64,000 nt of DNA, taken from positions 2,848,001 through 2,912,000 of the forward strand of contig CAUVXB020000002.1 in NCBI GenBank assembly GCA_963555825.3. Direction: 5' to 3'. The first letter of the stretch is position 1. Each line of letters opens with the position of its first letter. The position numbers were made by a program, and so were the translations under genes. The notes below the pieces were generated by a model. It was given only the letters and a program-made list of their open reading frames with translations, was not told the DNA's origin and did not search any database. Shown piece by piece: positions 31,589 through 44,599 of this stretch. This DNA is from Alphaproteobacteria bacterium (GTDB taxonomy: Bacteria > Pseudomonadota > Alphaproteobacteria > JAAXGF01).

Positions 31589-33906
31589 CCGACACGACCG
31601 ATGCCCTGGGCGGCGCCAACATCCAGTTCCGCCAGGTCGGCCGGCCGCTGGTGCGCACCGACGCGCCGGGCAAGACCTTCGGCGCGACGCCCTATGCCGG
31701 CGACTACGTCATGCCCAACATGCTGCACGCCCAGGTGCTGCGCAGCACGTTGGCGAGCGCGCGCCTCAAGCGGCTCGACGCGGATAAGGCGCGGGCGCTC
31801 GACGGCGTCGTCGCCGTCGTCACCGGCGTCGACCTGCCCGACCGGCTGCTGCCGACCGACATACCCGGCCAGACCGGACAGGCGCGGCTCGCCACCGACA
31901 GCCAGATACTGGTGCACGAACGAGTGCGCTACCACGGCGAGCCGCTCGCGCTGGTCGCCGCCGAGACGCCGGCGCGCGCCGCCGAGGCCTGCGCGCTGAT
32001 CGATTTCGAGCTCGAACCGCTGCCCGGCGTGTTCGACCCGGCCGACGCGCTGGCGCCGGGCGCGCCGATCGTGCAAGGCGTCGACAACCGGGTGGCCAGC
32101 TACAAGATCCGCAAGGGCGACGTCGAAGCGGGCTTCGCGGCGGCCGATCTCGTCGTCGAGAACAGCTTCCGTACCCAGTTCATCGAGCACGCCTTCCTCG
32201 AGCCTGAGGTCGGCCTCGCCTGGGTCGACGAGAACGAGGTCATCAACATCCGCATGTCGACCCAGGTGATCGAGCACTTCCGCTTCGTTGCCGACGCCAT
32301 CGGCGTGCCGCACAACAAGGTGCGCATCCGCGGCGCGCTGATCGGCGGCGGCTTCGGCGGCAAGGAAGACGTCACCATCGAGGTCTACCTCGCGCTCTTG
32401 GCCAAGGCGACGCGGCGCCCGGTCCGGCTCTGTTATACGCGCGAGGATTCGTTCTTCGGCCACGGCAAGCGCCATCCCTTCGTGCTGAATTACAAGACCG
32501 GCGTGACCAAGGACGGCAAGATCACCGCGCTCGAGATCGACATGACGGCGGACGCCGGCGCCTATGTCTATCTCAGCCCCTACGTGCTGCTCTACGCCGC
32601 GGTGGCCTGCCCGGGGCCCTACCGCGTCGACAACCTCAAGCTCGACGCCGTCGCGGTGGCAACCAACAACATGTACACCAGCGCCTTCCGGGGCTTCGGC
32701 GCGGCGCAGGCCTGCATCGCCTACGAGCAGCAGATGGACGAGATCGCCGAGGCGCTCGGCATCGACCGCTTGGAACTGCGCCGGCGCAACTTCCTCGAGA
32801 CCGGCGACAAGATCTCGACCGGCGTCGCGATCGAGAGCGCGGTCTGGACGGCGCGTTGCATGGACGCCGCCTGGGCCGCGCTCGGCGACAAGACGCCCGA
32901 CGACGGCCCGCTCAAGACCGGCCGGGGCGTCGCCTGCTACCAGCAATCATACGGCCGCATCACCTGGCTGCACGACACCTCGGAAGCCTGGGTCGGCGTC
33001 GAGGTCGACGGCACCGTGGTGGTGCGTTCCGGCGTCACCGACATCGGCGCCGGCCAGACCTCGGCGCTGTGCCAGATCGCCGCCGAGGTGTTCGGCGTCG
33101 GCCTCGACGACGTGACCATCTACAACTCGGATTCGGCGGTCACCCCGCTGGCCGGCACGACGACGGCGACGCGCGCGCTTTATATGACCGGCAACGCCGT
33201 GCGCAACGCCGCCGAGACGGTGCGCGCGCGGCTGGTGGCACGCGCGGCCGAGGCGCTCGGCGTCACGCCCGAGGAGGTCGATCTGGCCGACAAGCGCGCC
33301 TTCGTGATCGACGATCCGGCGCGTGCGATGCCGTTCAACGAATTGATCGCGCTGTGCGCTTCCGAAGGCATCACGCGCTCGGAGCTCACCATGTTCCGCG
33401 CGCCGTTTACCGACAAGATCGACCCCGAGACCGGCCAGGGCCGCGTCCATCCCGACTACACCTTCGGCTGCCACGCCATCGAGGTGGCGGTCGACACCGA
33501 GACCGGCGAGATCACCGTGCTCAAGAGCGTCGGCGCGCACGACGTCGGCCAATGCATCAACCCGCAGGCCGTCGAGGGCCAGATCGAGGGCGGTGCCGCG
33601 CAGGGCCAGGGTTATGCGCTGAGCGAATCGCTGATCTACCGAGATGGCATGCTGGTCACGCCGTCGTTCAGCGAATACCTGATCCCGACCGCGATGGACG
33701 TGCCCGAGGTCACCTGCGTGATCTTCGAATCGCGCTCCGGCGTCGGTCCGTTCGGCGCCAAGGGTATCGGCGAGCCGGCGCTGACGCCGGTCGCGCCGGC
33801 CATCGCCAATGCGGTCGCCGACGCCATCGGGACGCGCATCCACGACCTGCCGATCACGCCCGAGAAGGTCGTCGATACGCTCCGCGCGGTCGAAGGGGAT
33901 ACGTAG
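31585..33906 (+). CDS. Xanthine dehydrogenase family molybdopterin-binding subunit
   Basis: GGGFGGKE, AFRGFG, GQIEGG, GAKGIGEP. Confidence 0.93.
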
Positions 33907-33987
33907 CGCGCCTTCGGAAACGTGCTTGTATTGTCGGGGCGGCATCGCCGATGATGAACCGAACAATGCTTTGGGGAGGAGGCAGCG

Positions 33988-34821
33988 ATGGCGGATGCGA
34001 CGGAAAAGGCGGAAAGCGCCACCGAAAAGGCCCGCAAGGGCAAGAAGATTTCCAATAAGGTCTATGACAAGGAGCTGGCCCGCCTGCAAATCGAGCTGGT
34101 CAAACTTCAGGAGTGGATCAAGCACGAAGGCCTCAAGGTCGTCGCCCTGTTCGAGGGCCGCGACGCCGCCGGCAAGGGCGGCACGATCAAGCGCATCACC
34201 GAGAGCCTGAACCCGCGCACCTGCCGCGTCGTCGCGCTCGGCACGCCGACCGAGCGCGAGAAGACGCAGTGGTACTTCCAGCGCTATGTGCCCAATCTGC
34301 CGGCCGCCGGCGAGATGGTGCTGTTCGACCGCAGTTGGTACAACCGCGCCGGCGTCGAGCGCGTCATGGGTTTTTGCACCGACGAGGAATACGCCGAGTT
34401 CATGCGCTCATGCCCCGAGTTCGAGCGCATGCTGGTGCGCTCGGGCATCCTGTTGATCAAGTACTGGTTCTCGGTCTCGGACGAGGAGCAGGAGCGGCGT
34501 TTCCAGGGCCGCATCACCGATCCGACCAAGCGCTGGAAGCTGAGCCCGATGGACCTCGAATCACGCCGCCTGTGGCTCGAATATTCGCGCGCCAAGGACG
34601 ACATGTTCCGCCACTGCGACATCAAGCAGGCGCCGTGGTACGTCGTCGAGGCCGACGTCAAGAAACGCGCTCGGCTCAACTGTATCCGCCACTTCTTGAG
34701 CCTGATCCCCTACGAAGACCTGACGCCGCCGCCGGTCGAGCTGCCGCCGCGCCAGGAGCAGACCGGCTACATTCGGCCACCGATGTCGGACCAGACCTTC
34801 GTGCCCGACCATTACGACTGA
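33988..34821 (+). CDS. ppk2: Polyphosphate kinase 2
   Basis: FEGRDAAGKGG, FDRSWYNRAGVERVMG, WKLSPMD. Confidence 0.96.
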   Translation: MADATEKAESATEKARKGKKISNKVYDKELARLQIELVKLQEWIKHEGLKVVALFEGRDAAGKGGTIKRITESLNPRTCRVVALGTPTEREKTQWYFQRYVPNLPAAGEMVLFDRSWYNRAGVERVMGFCTDEEYAEFMRSCPEFERMLVRSGILLIKYWFSVSDEEQERRFQGRITDPTKRWKLSPMDLESRRLWLEYSRAKDDMFRHCDIKQAPWYVVEADVKKRARLNCIRHFLSLIPYEDLTPPPVELPPRQEQTGYIRPPMSDQTFVPDHYD

Positions 34822-34832
34822 GGCGTAGGCTC

Positions 34833-35012
34833 CTTGAACATTGTGCGGTCATCTTTGACTCGCGTAAAGCTGACCTGCGCTCAATCGCCGCGCATGCCAA
34901 TCTTTATCCCACAAGGACTGGCCGAACGGTCGGCGGCCCGCCTCTTGTCCCAATAAGACTGGCGCGGGCTGGCGTAATCCAACCGATTCTGATCAATCGG
35001 ATTACGCTTTAG
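34833..35012 (+). repeat. Modular hairpin repeat family, copy 5 (full length, 1 unit)
   Basis: Full alignment to copy 1; right end overlaps the sixA stop codon. Confidence 0.85.
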
Positions 35013-35527
35013 GCGAGATCCCTTGGTCGCACGAAGCGGATCAACCGGCCGCCGCCTTCCTCGACCGCGTCCCAGCGCTCGACGTTCAGCTCGATGACCG
35101 CGAGCGCGGCGGTCGGGAACTTGCCGCGCAACCGGTTGAGACCGGCGACGTCGGAGCCGGGGCCCGACAGCCGCGCCGCGAGGTTCTCGATCCCTGGGCT
35201 GTGACCGACGAGCGCGAGCGAAGCCGCGCTATCGGGCGCGCGCCGCAGCACCGTCAGCAGACGGAACGGCGAGCCGTGAAACAGCTCGTCGGTATGTGTC
35301 GTCTCGATCTCGGCGTCGAGTGCATCGGCGACCAGCGCCCAGGTCTCGCGCGCGCGGCGCGCCGACGAGCAAACGACGATCTCGGGAATAAGTCCGTGCG
35401 CGCGCATGAAGGCGCCGATGCGCGGCGCGGCGGCGCGTCCGCGCGCCGCGAGCGGCCGGTCGAAATCATCGAGCGTCGGGTCGTCCCAGCTCGACTTGGC
35501 GTGGCGCAGCAGATAGAGGGTCTTCAT
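35009..35527 (-). CDS. sixA: SixA-type phosphohistidine phosphatase
   Basis: LYLLRHAKS, DFDRPL, CSSARRARET, LVGHSPG, KFPTAA. Confidence 0.88.
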   Translation of the reverse strand: MKTLYLLRHAKSSWDDPTLDDFDRPLAARGRAAAPRIGAFMRAHGLIPEIVVCSSARRARETWALVADALDAEIETTHTDELFHGSPFRLLTVLRRAPDSAASLALVGHSPGIENLAARLSGPGSDVAGLNRLRGKFPTAALAVIELNVERWDAVEEGGGRLIRFVRPRDLA

Positions 35528-35669
35528 CGCCGAGCGACGCGAAAGGCGCCTGGGCGTTGGTGCGGCGGGGTTATTCTGCTAGCATCGGACATTCCAATAA
35601 TAACTATAAGCCGATTTGGTCGGGGCAGAACCTAGTGGATAGGCGACCCGAACCGTGGGAGGCGACATC

Positions 35670-37963
<2,294 letters not shown>

Positions 37964-37967
<4 letters not shown>

Positions 37968-38187
37968 AATTTTGTACGGTCACCTTTGACTCGCTTGGAG
38001 ATGACCTGCGCTCAATCGCCGCGCATGCCAATCTTAATCCCACAAGGCCATTCTTAATCCCACAAGGCCATTCTTGATCCCACAAGGCCATTCTTGATCC
38101 CACAAGGCCATTCTTGATCCCACAAAGACTGGCCGAACGGTCGGCGGCCCGCCTCTCTCTTGTCCCAATAGGATTGGCGCGGGCTGG
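37964..38187 (+). repeat. Modular hairpin repeat family, copy 6, with 5 tandem 20-bp units (38028-38127)
   Basis: cca(a/t)tctt(a/g)atcccacaagg x5; starts at the ppk1 stop codon. Confidence 0.9.
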
Positions 38188-38227
38188 TAGATCGCGGCCA
38201 ACTCCAAACGATAATTTCACTTGGACC

Positions 38228-38291
38228 GGTGTCAGACACCATTTATCTGTTTGTTCTATAGAAATAATAATTGCGACACGGTGTCTGAACC
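38228..38291. repeat. REP-like inverted doublet with AT-rich spacer
   Basis: ggtgtcagacaccattt ... ggtgtctgaacc. Confidence 0.6.
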
Positions 38292-38317
38292 GATGTTTGA
38301 GTTAAGCGGCAATTGGG

Positions 38318-39304
38318 TCAGGCATCGAGGTAGTCGTCGATGTAGTACCGCACGATGTCGTCGAGGCTGTCTTCGCCGGGCAGGCCGAGCGCCTCGGCGC
38401 GCGCCGCGTCGCTCGCCGCCGGCCAGGTCTTGCAGATCTCGACGATGAACGGATCGGGTTCGACCGAAATCGCGCCGAGCGCGCGGTCGCCGGCGACGCG
38501 GTGCAGCGCATCGATCATCTCGGCGACCGTGACGTTGAGGCTCGGCAGGCCGACCGCGCGGTCGTCGCCGAGCGCGTCCCCGCCGATCTCGTGCAGCCGG
38601 AGGATGCCCTCGACGACGGCGCGGTAGCCGGTCAGCGGCATCGCCGTCGCGGTCGGCACCGGCAGGGTGAAGTCGACGCCCGCGAGCGGCTCGCGGAAGA
38701 CGCCCGAGACGAAACTCGACGCCGCCAGATTGGGCTTGCCCGGCCGGATGATCACGGTCGGCAGCCGCGCCGTGCGGCCGTCGAGGAAACCCTTGCGCGT
38801 GTAGTCGTTGATCAGCAGCTCGCCGATCGCCTTGGTGATGCCGTAGGTCGTCTGCGGCGTCTGCTTGGTCGTGTCGCCGACGCTGGCCGGCATGGCCGCG
38901 CCGCCGAATGCCGCGAACGATGAGGCGAAGACCAGGCGCGGCGTGCCACCGCGAGCCCGCAGCGCTTCCAGCACGTGACGCCCGCCGTCCAGGTTGACGC
39001 GCAAGGCGAGGTCGAAGTCGCGCTCGGCGCCGCCGCTGACCACCGACGCCAGATGAAACACCGCGATATCGTCGCGGTCGATCAGGCCGAAGACGGTGTC
39101 GCGCTCGGCGATGTCGCCGGTTACCACCCCGACCGCGACGCCAGCCGCGCTGGGTATCGCGGCCGGCGCGCCGACGTCGAACAGCGTCAGCGCGTCGATC
39201 GGCTCGGGCGCGCCCGACGGACCGGTCAGTTCGCCCAGCTCGAGCAGGCGGTTGGCGAGCCTGAGCCCGATGAAGCCGGCGCCGCCGGTGATGACGACTT
39301 TCAT
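38318..39304 (-). CDS. denD: D-erythronate dehydrogenase-like NAD-dependent epimerase/dehydratase
   Basis: ITGGAGFIG, HLASVVSGGAERDFDL, YGITKAIGELLINDYTRKG, RPGKPNLAASSF. Confidence 0.8.
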   Translation of the reverse strand: MKVVITGGAGFIGLRLANRLLELGELTGPSGAPEPIDALTLFDVGAPAAIPSAAGVAVGVVTGDIAERDTVFGLIDRDDIAVFHLASVVSGGAERDFDLALRVNLDGGRHVLEALRARGGTPRLVFASSFAAFGGAAMPASVGDTTKQTPQTTYGITKAIGELLINDYTRKGFLDGRTARLPTVIIRPGKPNLAASSFVSGVFREPLAGVDFTLPVPTATAMPLTGYRAVVEGILRLHEIGGDALGDDRAVGLPSLNVTVAEMIDALHRVAGDRALGAISVEPDPFIVEICKTWPAASDAARAEALGLPGEDSLDDIVRYYIDDYLDA

Positions 39305-39352
39305 GGGTTTAAGCTTAACCCGGCTTGCTCACCGTGGACAGGCGTGGACAGG

Positions 39353-39393
<41 letters not shown>

Positions 39394-39449
39394 AGCGACC
39401 GACGGGCTAGGAAGAGCGCGGGCAATGAGGGGAGCGGCAATCAGGGCAA

Positions 39450-39524
39450 TTACGGGGACGTGATACTTAATTCAAGCCGATTGACGATGCTGTCCCCACA
39501 TAATTGAGTATCACGTCCCCATAA
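39450..39524. repeat. REP-like inverted doublet with 23-bp arms
   Basis: ttacggggacgtgatacttaatt ... aattgagtatcacgtccccataa (21/23 match). Confidence 0.75.
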
Positions 39525-39598
39525 CTCCCGTGGGGCCAGACGGCCTAGAATGGCGCGTCAATAAATTTGCGCGGCACCGGCGTCTACACCGGCTGGGG

Positions 39599-39889
39599 CT
39601 AACGCGCCAGCAGCGCCTCGGCGATCGCGTCCCACTCGTCGGCCGGCGCGGTCTCGCAGTGCGGCTTGCCGGCGCGCCGGTACCAGCCGCCGGCGTTCGA
39701 CTGGTCGCCCTCGACGCGGTGCAGATAGGCGTGCACCCAGGCGCCGTCGGTGTCACCCTGGTGCTGCGCTTGGCGGTGCGCCTCGTGCCAGTCGCCCTTG
39801 GCCTCGTGCCACAGCGCGCGGAGCGCGCCGTCGACGCCCTCGGGCGGCGCCTCGTCCTGCAACGATGTCTTGAACGTTTCGATATCCAT
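39599..39889 (-). CDS. Small conserved hypothetical protein
   Basis: ALWHEAKGDWHEAH...AWVHAYLHRVEGD..NA..WY; GAGGA RBS. Confidence 0.75.
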   Translation of the reverse strand: MDIETFKTSLQDEAPPEGVDGALRALWHEAKGDWHEAHRQAQHQGDTDGAWVHAYLHRVEGDQSNAGGWYRRAGKPHCETAPADEWDAIAEALLAR

Positions 39890-39896
39890 CGGGTCC

Positions 39897-40667
39897 TCAA
39901 TCAGTCGCCGAAAAATCGGGTTCGCGTTTTTCCAGGAAGGCGGCCACCGCCTCCTTCAGCTCGGCCGAGGCGAGACGCTCGGCGTATTCGGCCACCTCGG
40001 CATCGATGCGCGTCTCGACGGCGGCCTGGTCTGACTTCAACAGCGCCTTGGTGCGGCGCATCGCGGCCGGCGGCTTGGCGGCGATGTCGCGGGCGATGGC
40101 GTGCGCCGTCGCCTCGATCTCGGCGGCCGGGCATATCTCCGTCACGAAGCCGAGCGCCGCCGCCGTCGCCGCGTCGAACGGCTTGGCGCGCAGCACCAGA
40201 TCGGCGGCGCGCGCGTGGCCGAGCATCTTCGGCAGCAGATACGTCGAGCCCGCCTCGGGCACCAGCCCGAGATTGACGAAGGGCATCTGGAAGCGCGCCG
40301 CCTCACTCGCCAGCACGACGTCGCAATGCAGCAGCATGGTCGTGCCGATGCCGATCGCGACGCCGTCGACGGCGGCGATCAGCGGCACGGTCGACTGCGC
40401 CAGCGCCTTGATGAAGCGGAAGGCCGGCGACGCCGCGTCGCTGGGCGGCCGTTCGCGGAAGTCGTTGAGGTCGTTGCCGGCGGTGAAGCAGCCCGCGCCG
40501 CCGAGAAATAGGACGACCCGGACCGACCGGTCGCGCTCGGCCGCCTCGAGCGCCCCTGCCATGGCGTCATACATCGCGGTGGTGATGGCGTTTTTCTTAT
40601 CCGGGCGGTTGAAGCGAACCTGCACGATATGGTCGCCGTCACCGCCGATGATCACGTCGTCGGCCAT
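39897..40667 (-). CDS. Enoyl-CoA hydratase/isomerase family protein
   Basis: FNRPDKKNAIT, FTAGNDL, AIGIGTTMLLHCD, LGLVPEAGS. Confidence 0.9.
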   Translation of the reverse strand: MADDVIIGGDGDHIVQVRFNRPDKKNAITTAMYDAMAGALEAAERDRSVRVVLFLGGAGCFTAGNDLNDFRERPPSDAASPAFRFIKALAQSTVPLIAAVDGVAIGIGTTMLLHCDVVLASEAARFQMPFVNLGLVPEAGSTYLLPKMLGHARAADLVLRAKPFDAATAAALGFVTEICPAAEIEATAHAIARDIAAKPPAAMRRTKALLKSDQAAVETRIDAEVAEYAERLASAELKEAVAAFLEKREPDFSATD

Positions 40668-40849
40668 GCTGTCCTGCCTTCTCGACAAATCACAGCGAAT
40701 CTCCACCCTACCTAGCACGTTATGCCGCCGGCGGGCGCCCCGTGCGGCGTCAAATTATGCCAACCGATCGGTGATAAATCTGCTAGATTCCGGCGTTTTT
40801 CCGGTTTCGGTGGCCCGCGCCGAAACGTAAAGGGGGGTTGTGTCGAGGG

Positions 40850-43035
40850 ATGAAGCGGCTAACCGTTCACCTGTATCTCGCCGTGCTGATCGGCGTCGGG
40901 CTCGCCGCCTGCGCCGATCTCGAGCGCGCGCTGATGGCCGAGGTCGCGGCGCCCGCGCCGGCCGGCGCCGCCGCGACGCTGCCGCTGCCCGAGCTGGCGA
41001 AGGCGCCGGGCTCGGGTGCGACCGTCGCGACCACGGCCGTCGAAACGTCGGCGCCGAGCGTCTATCCGGGCACCGGCGTGTTCATCGATGCCGGCGCTCT
41101 CACGGCGGGCGACACCGCCCGGCCGGCGACGTGACGCTCAACTTCGCCGACACCGACGTCCGCGAGGTGGTGCGCGCGATCCTCGGCGGCATCCTCGAGG
41201 TCAATTACATCATCGACCCCCAGGTGAGCGGCACGATCACCGTGCAGACCAGCCGGCCGCTCGCTCGCTCGGCCCTGCTGACGACGCTCGAAAGCATCCT
41301 GCGCGCCAACGGCGCGGCGATGGTGCCCGAGAGCGGCGGCTACCGCATCGTACCGATCGAGAGCGCGCTGAGCGGTCTCGCGCCGCTCGGGCTCGATGCG
41401 CGCCAGCCCGGCTTCGGCGTTCACGTCGTGCCGTTGCGTTTCATCGCGGCGAGTGAAATGGCCAAGATCATCGGCACGCTGGCGAGCGAGCGAAACGTCG
41501 TCAGTGCCGACGCGGCGCGCAATCTGATCATCCTCGCGGGCAGCCAGGCCGAGCGCGCGACGATGCTCGGGACGGTCGAGCTGTTCGACGTCGACTGGTT
41601 GGCCGGCATGTCGTTCGGCCTCTTCCCGCTGCAAAACACCGACGCCGAGACGCTGGCCCAGGAACTCGACGTCGTCTTCGGCGTCGAGGGCGAGGTGCCG
41701 TTGGGTGGACTGCTGCGCTTCGTGCCGATCGAACGCCTCAACGCGATCATGGTGATCTCGCCGCGCGCCGAATATCTCGAACGCGCGCAGACCTGGATCA
41801 CGCGGCTCGATCAGGGCATCGACGCGGCCGGCCAGCGCATCTACGTCTACTATGTCGAGAACGGCCGCGCGGCCGACCTCGCCGACGTGCTCAACGAGGT
41901 CTTCGACCAGCGCCGGCCGGCGGTCGAGGGCGTGCGCCTCGCGCCAGGGCTCGACCAGGCGACGCTCTATGCCGAGGGCACGGCGCGCGTGGCGCGCGAG
42001 CTGCAAGCGCGAGACGCCGGCCTGAGCGGCGCGACGCTCTCGGGCGGCGCGGCGGAAGTCGCGGCCGCCGCCCCGGCGCCAGCGCCCGGGCCGGCCGGTG
42101 GGGCGCCGGCGCGCGAGACCGGCGCGGGCATCGCGCTCGCCGCCAGCAGCGACATCAGGATCATCGCCGACGAGGCCACCAACGCGCTGGTCATCCTCGC
42201 CACGCCCGATGAGTACCGCATGATCGAGGCGGCGCTGAGCAAGCTCGACGTGGTGCCGCTGCAGGTGCTGATCGAGGCGACCATCGCCGAGGTCACACTG
42301 ACCGACGACCTCGAATACGGCGTGCAATGGTTCTTCCAATCGGGCAACAGCAAATTCAATCTCAACGAGACCTTGCCGGTGCGGGCGTTCCCCGACTTCG
42401 CCGGGTTCTCGTACCTATTCTCGACCGCCGACGCCCGCGTCACGCTCAACGCGATCGCCAGCGTCACCGACCTCAACATCATCTCGTCGCCGTCGCTGAT
42501 GGTGCTCGACAACCAGACCGCCGAGATCCAGGTCGGCGACCAGGTGCCGGTCGCGACCCGGTCGGCGGTCGGCGTCACCGCCGCCGACGCGCCCGTGGTC
42601 AACGAGATCGAATACTTAGACACCGGCGTGATCCTGCGCGTCACGCCCCGGGTCAACACCGGCGGCTTGGTCACCATGGAGATCGAGCAGGAGGTCAGTT
42701 TCGTCGCCGACGAGATCACCTCGGGCATCGATTCGCCGACCATCGACCAGCGCCGCATTCAGACCACGGTGGCGGTCCAAAGCGGCGAGACGGTGGCGCT
42801 GGGCGGGCTGATCCGCGACGACAGGTCGAGCTCGAACAGCGGCGTTCCGCTGCTGCGCGAGATACCCGTGCTCGGCAAGCTGTTCAGCACGACGACCGAT
42901 TTCGCCGCGCGCACCGAGCTCATCGTGCTGATCACGCCACGCGTCGTGCGCAGCCAGCTCGACGCGCGCCAGGTGACCGAGGAGCTGCGCCGCCGCATGC
43001 GCGCCGTCGCGCCGCTCGACGACAGGCTCTACTAG
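40850..43035 (+). CDS. gspD: Type II secretion secretin GspD with lipoprotein signal, frameshift near 41120
   Basis: LAAC lipobox; VTLNFADTDVREV, QVLIEATIAEV, GVILRVTPRV, ALGGLI, PVLGKLF, ELIVLITP. Confidence 0.88.
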
Positions 43036-43096
43036 GCACCCGACCACGCCACGCCGGCGGCCATACGAACATCCATCTCAAGACAAGGGGAGAGGC

Positions 43097-43474
43097 ATGG
43101 ACACCGAACGCTTCGAGAGCGGTCTCGCCGCGCGCAAGTCGGTACTCGGCGAAGACTACGTCAACAAGGCGCTCGAAGGCGCCGACGACTTCAACCGCGA
43201 TTTCCAGGAGATGGTCACCGAATACTGCTGGGGCACCTGCTGGGGCGATGACACGCTGGACAAGCGCCAGCGCAGTCTCTTGAACCTCGGCATGATCGCC
43301 GCGCTCAACCGCATGCACGAGTGGGAGCTGCACTTCCGCGGCGCCATCGCCAACGGGCTGACGCGCGACGAGCTCAAGGCGATCCTGACCCAGATCGCGG
43401 TCTATTGCGGCATACCGACGGGCGTCGAATGCTTCCGCATCGCCCGCAGGGTGCTCGCCGAGATCGACGGCTGA
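43097..43474 (+). CDS. Carboxymuconolactone decarboxylase family protein
   Basis: RKSVLGEDYV, EYCWG..W, ELHFRGA..NG, AVYCGIP. Confidence 0.9.
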   Translation: MDTERFESGLAARKSVLGEDYVNKALEGADDFNRDFQEMVTEYCWGTCWGDDTLDKRQRSLLNLGMIAALNRMHEWELHFRGAIANGLTRDELKAILTQIAVYCGIPTGVECFRIARRVLAEIDG

Positions 43475-43488
43475 CGGTTGTGACCGCG

Positions 43489-44592
43489 ATGCCCGAGCGC
43501 ATGCGCGCCGTGGTGCTGACCGGCTATGGCGGGTTCGACAAGCTCGAGTACCGCGACGACGTGCCGGTGCCGCGGCCGGGCCCCGCCGAGGTGCTGATCG
43601 CTGTCGCCGCCTGCGGCATGAACAACACCGACGTCAACACGCGCATCGGTTGGTACTCGAAGGCGGTGACCCAGGGCACGACGACCGAGGGCGGCGCCGG
43701 CGGCTTCGAGACGATTACCGAGGACGCCGCCACCTGGGGCGCCTCGTCGCTGGCCTTTCCGCATGTCCAGGGCGCCGACGTCTGCGGGCGCATCGTCGTG
43801 GTCGGCGACGGCGTCGATCCAGCGCGTATCGGCGAGCGCATCATCGTCGACGGCTGGTTGCGCGATCCGGACGAGCCCGACAACCGCGACAAGTCCGGCT
43901 ACTTCGGCAGCGAGCGCTGGGGCGGCTTCGCCGAGTACACGACCGCGCCCGCGGTCAACGCCTTCAAGGTCGAGACGGACCTCGGCGACGCCGAGCTCGC
44001 GACTTTCCCCTGCTCGTACTCGACCGCCGAGCACATGCTCGAGCGCAGCGGCCTCGCGGCCGGCCAGACGGTGCTGATCACCGGCGCCTCGGGCGGCGTC
44101 GGCTCGGCGCTGGTGCAGCTCGCCAAGCGGCGCGGTGCCGCGGTCGTGGCGCTCGCCGGCGCATCGAAGATGGCGGCGGTCCGTGAGCTCGGCGCCGATC
44201 ACGTGCTGCCGCGCGACATCGAAGGGCTGTCCGGCGCGCTGGCCGAGGCGACCGGCCGTGACACGGTCGACGTGGTCGCCGATATCGTCGGCGGCGACAG
44301 GTTTCCCGAGCTGATCGAGCGGCTCGCCCGGGGCGGCCGCTACGTCACCTCGGGCGCCATCGCCGGGCCGATCGTCGCCTTGGACCTGCGCACGCTGTAT
44401 CTGAACGACCTGACGCTGCACGGCGCCACCGTCATGCCGCGCTATGTCTTCGAAAACCTGGTCGGCTACATCGAGCGCGGCGAGATCCGCCCGCTCCTGG
44501 CCAAGACCTTCCCGCTCGCCGATCTGGCCGAGGCGCAGGCCGAGTTCCTCGAGAAGAAGCACATTGGCAACTTCGTCGTCATCCCCGGCTAG
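43489..44592 (+). CDS. MDR-superfamily alcohol dehydrogenase / quinone oxidoreductase
   Basis: NNTDVNTRIGWY, QGADVCG, TFPCSYSTAE, ITGASGGVG. Confidence 0.88.
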   Translation: MPERMRAVVLTGYGGFDKLEYRDDVPVPRPGPAEVLIAVAACGMNNTDVNTRIGWYSKAVTQGTTTEGGAGGFETITEDAATWGASSLAFPHVQGADVCGRIVVVGDGVDPARIGERIIVDGWLRDPDEPDNRDKSGYFGSERWGGFAEYTTAPAVNAFKVETDLGDAELATFPCSYSTAEHMLERSGLAAGQTVLITGASGGVGSALVQLAKRRGAAVVALAGASKMAAVRELGADHVLPRDIEGLSGALAEATGRDTVDVVADIVGGDRFPELIERLARGGRYVTSGAIAGPIVALDLRTLYLNDLTLHGATVMPRYVFENLVGYIERGEIRPLLAKTFPLADLAEAQAEFLEKKHIGNFVVIPG

Positions 44593-44599
44593 CCAGGCC

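Noticed and set aside
38028-38127. Possible CRISPR array
   Set aside because: The five 20-bp units are directly tandem with no spacers, and no cas genes are present; it is a module of the dispersed repeat
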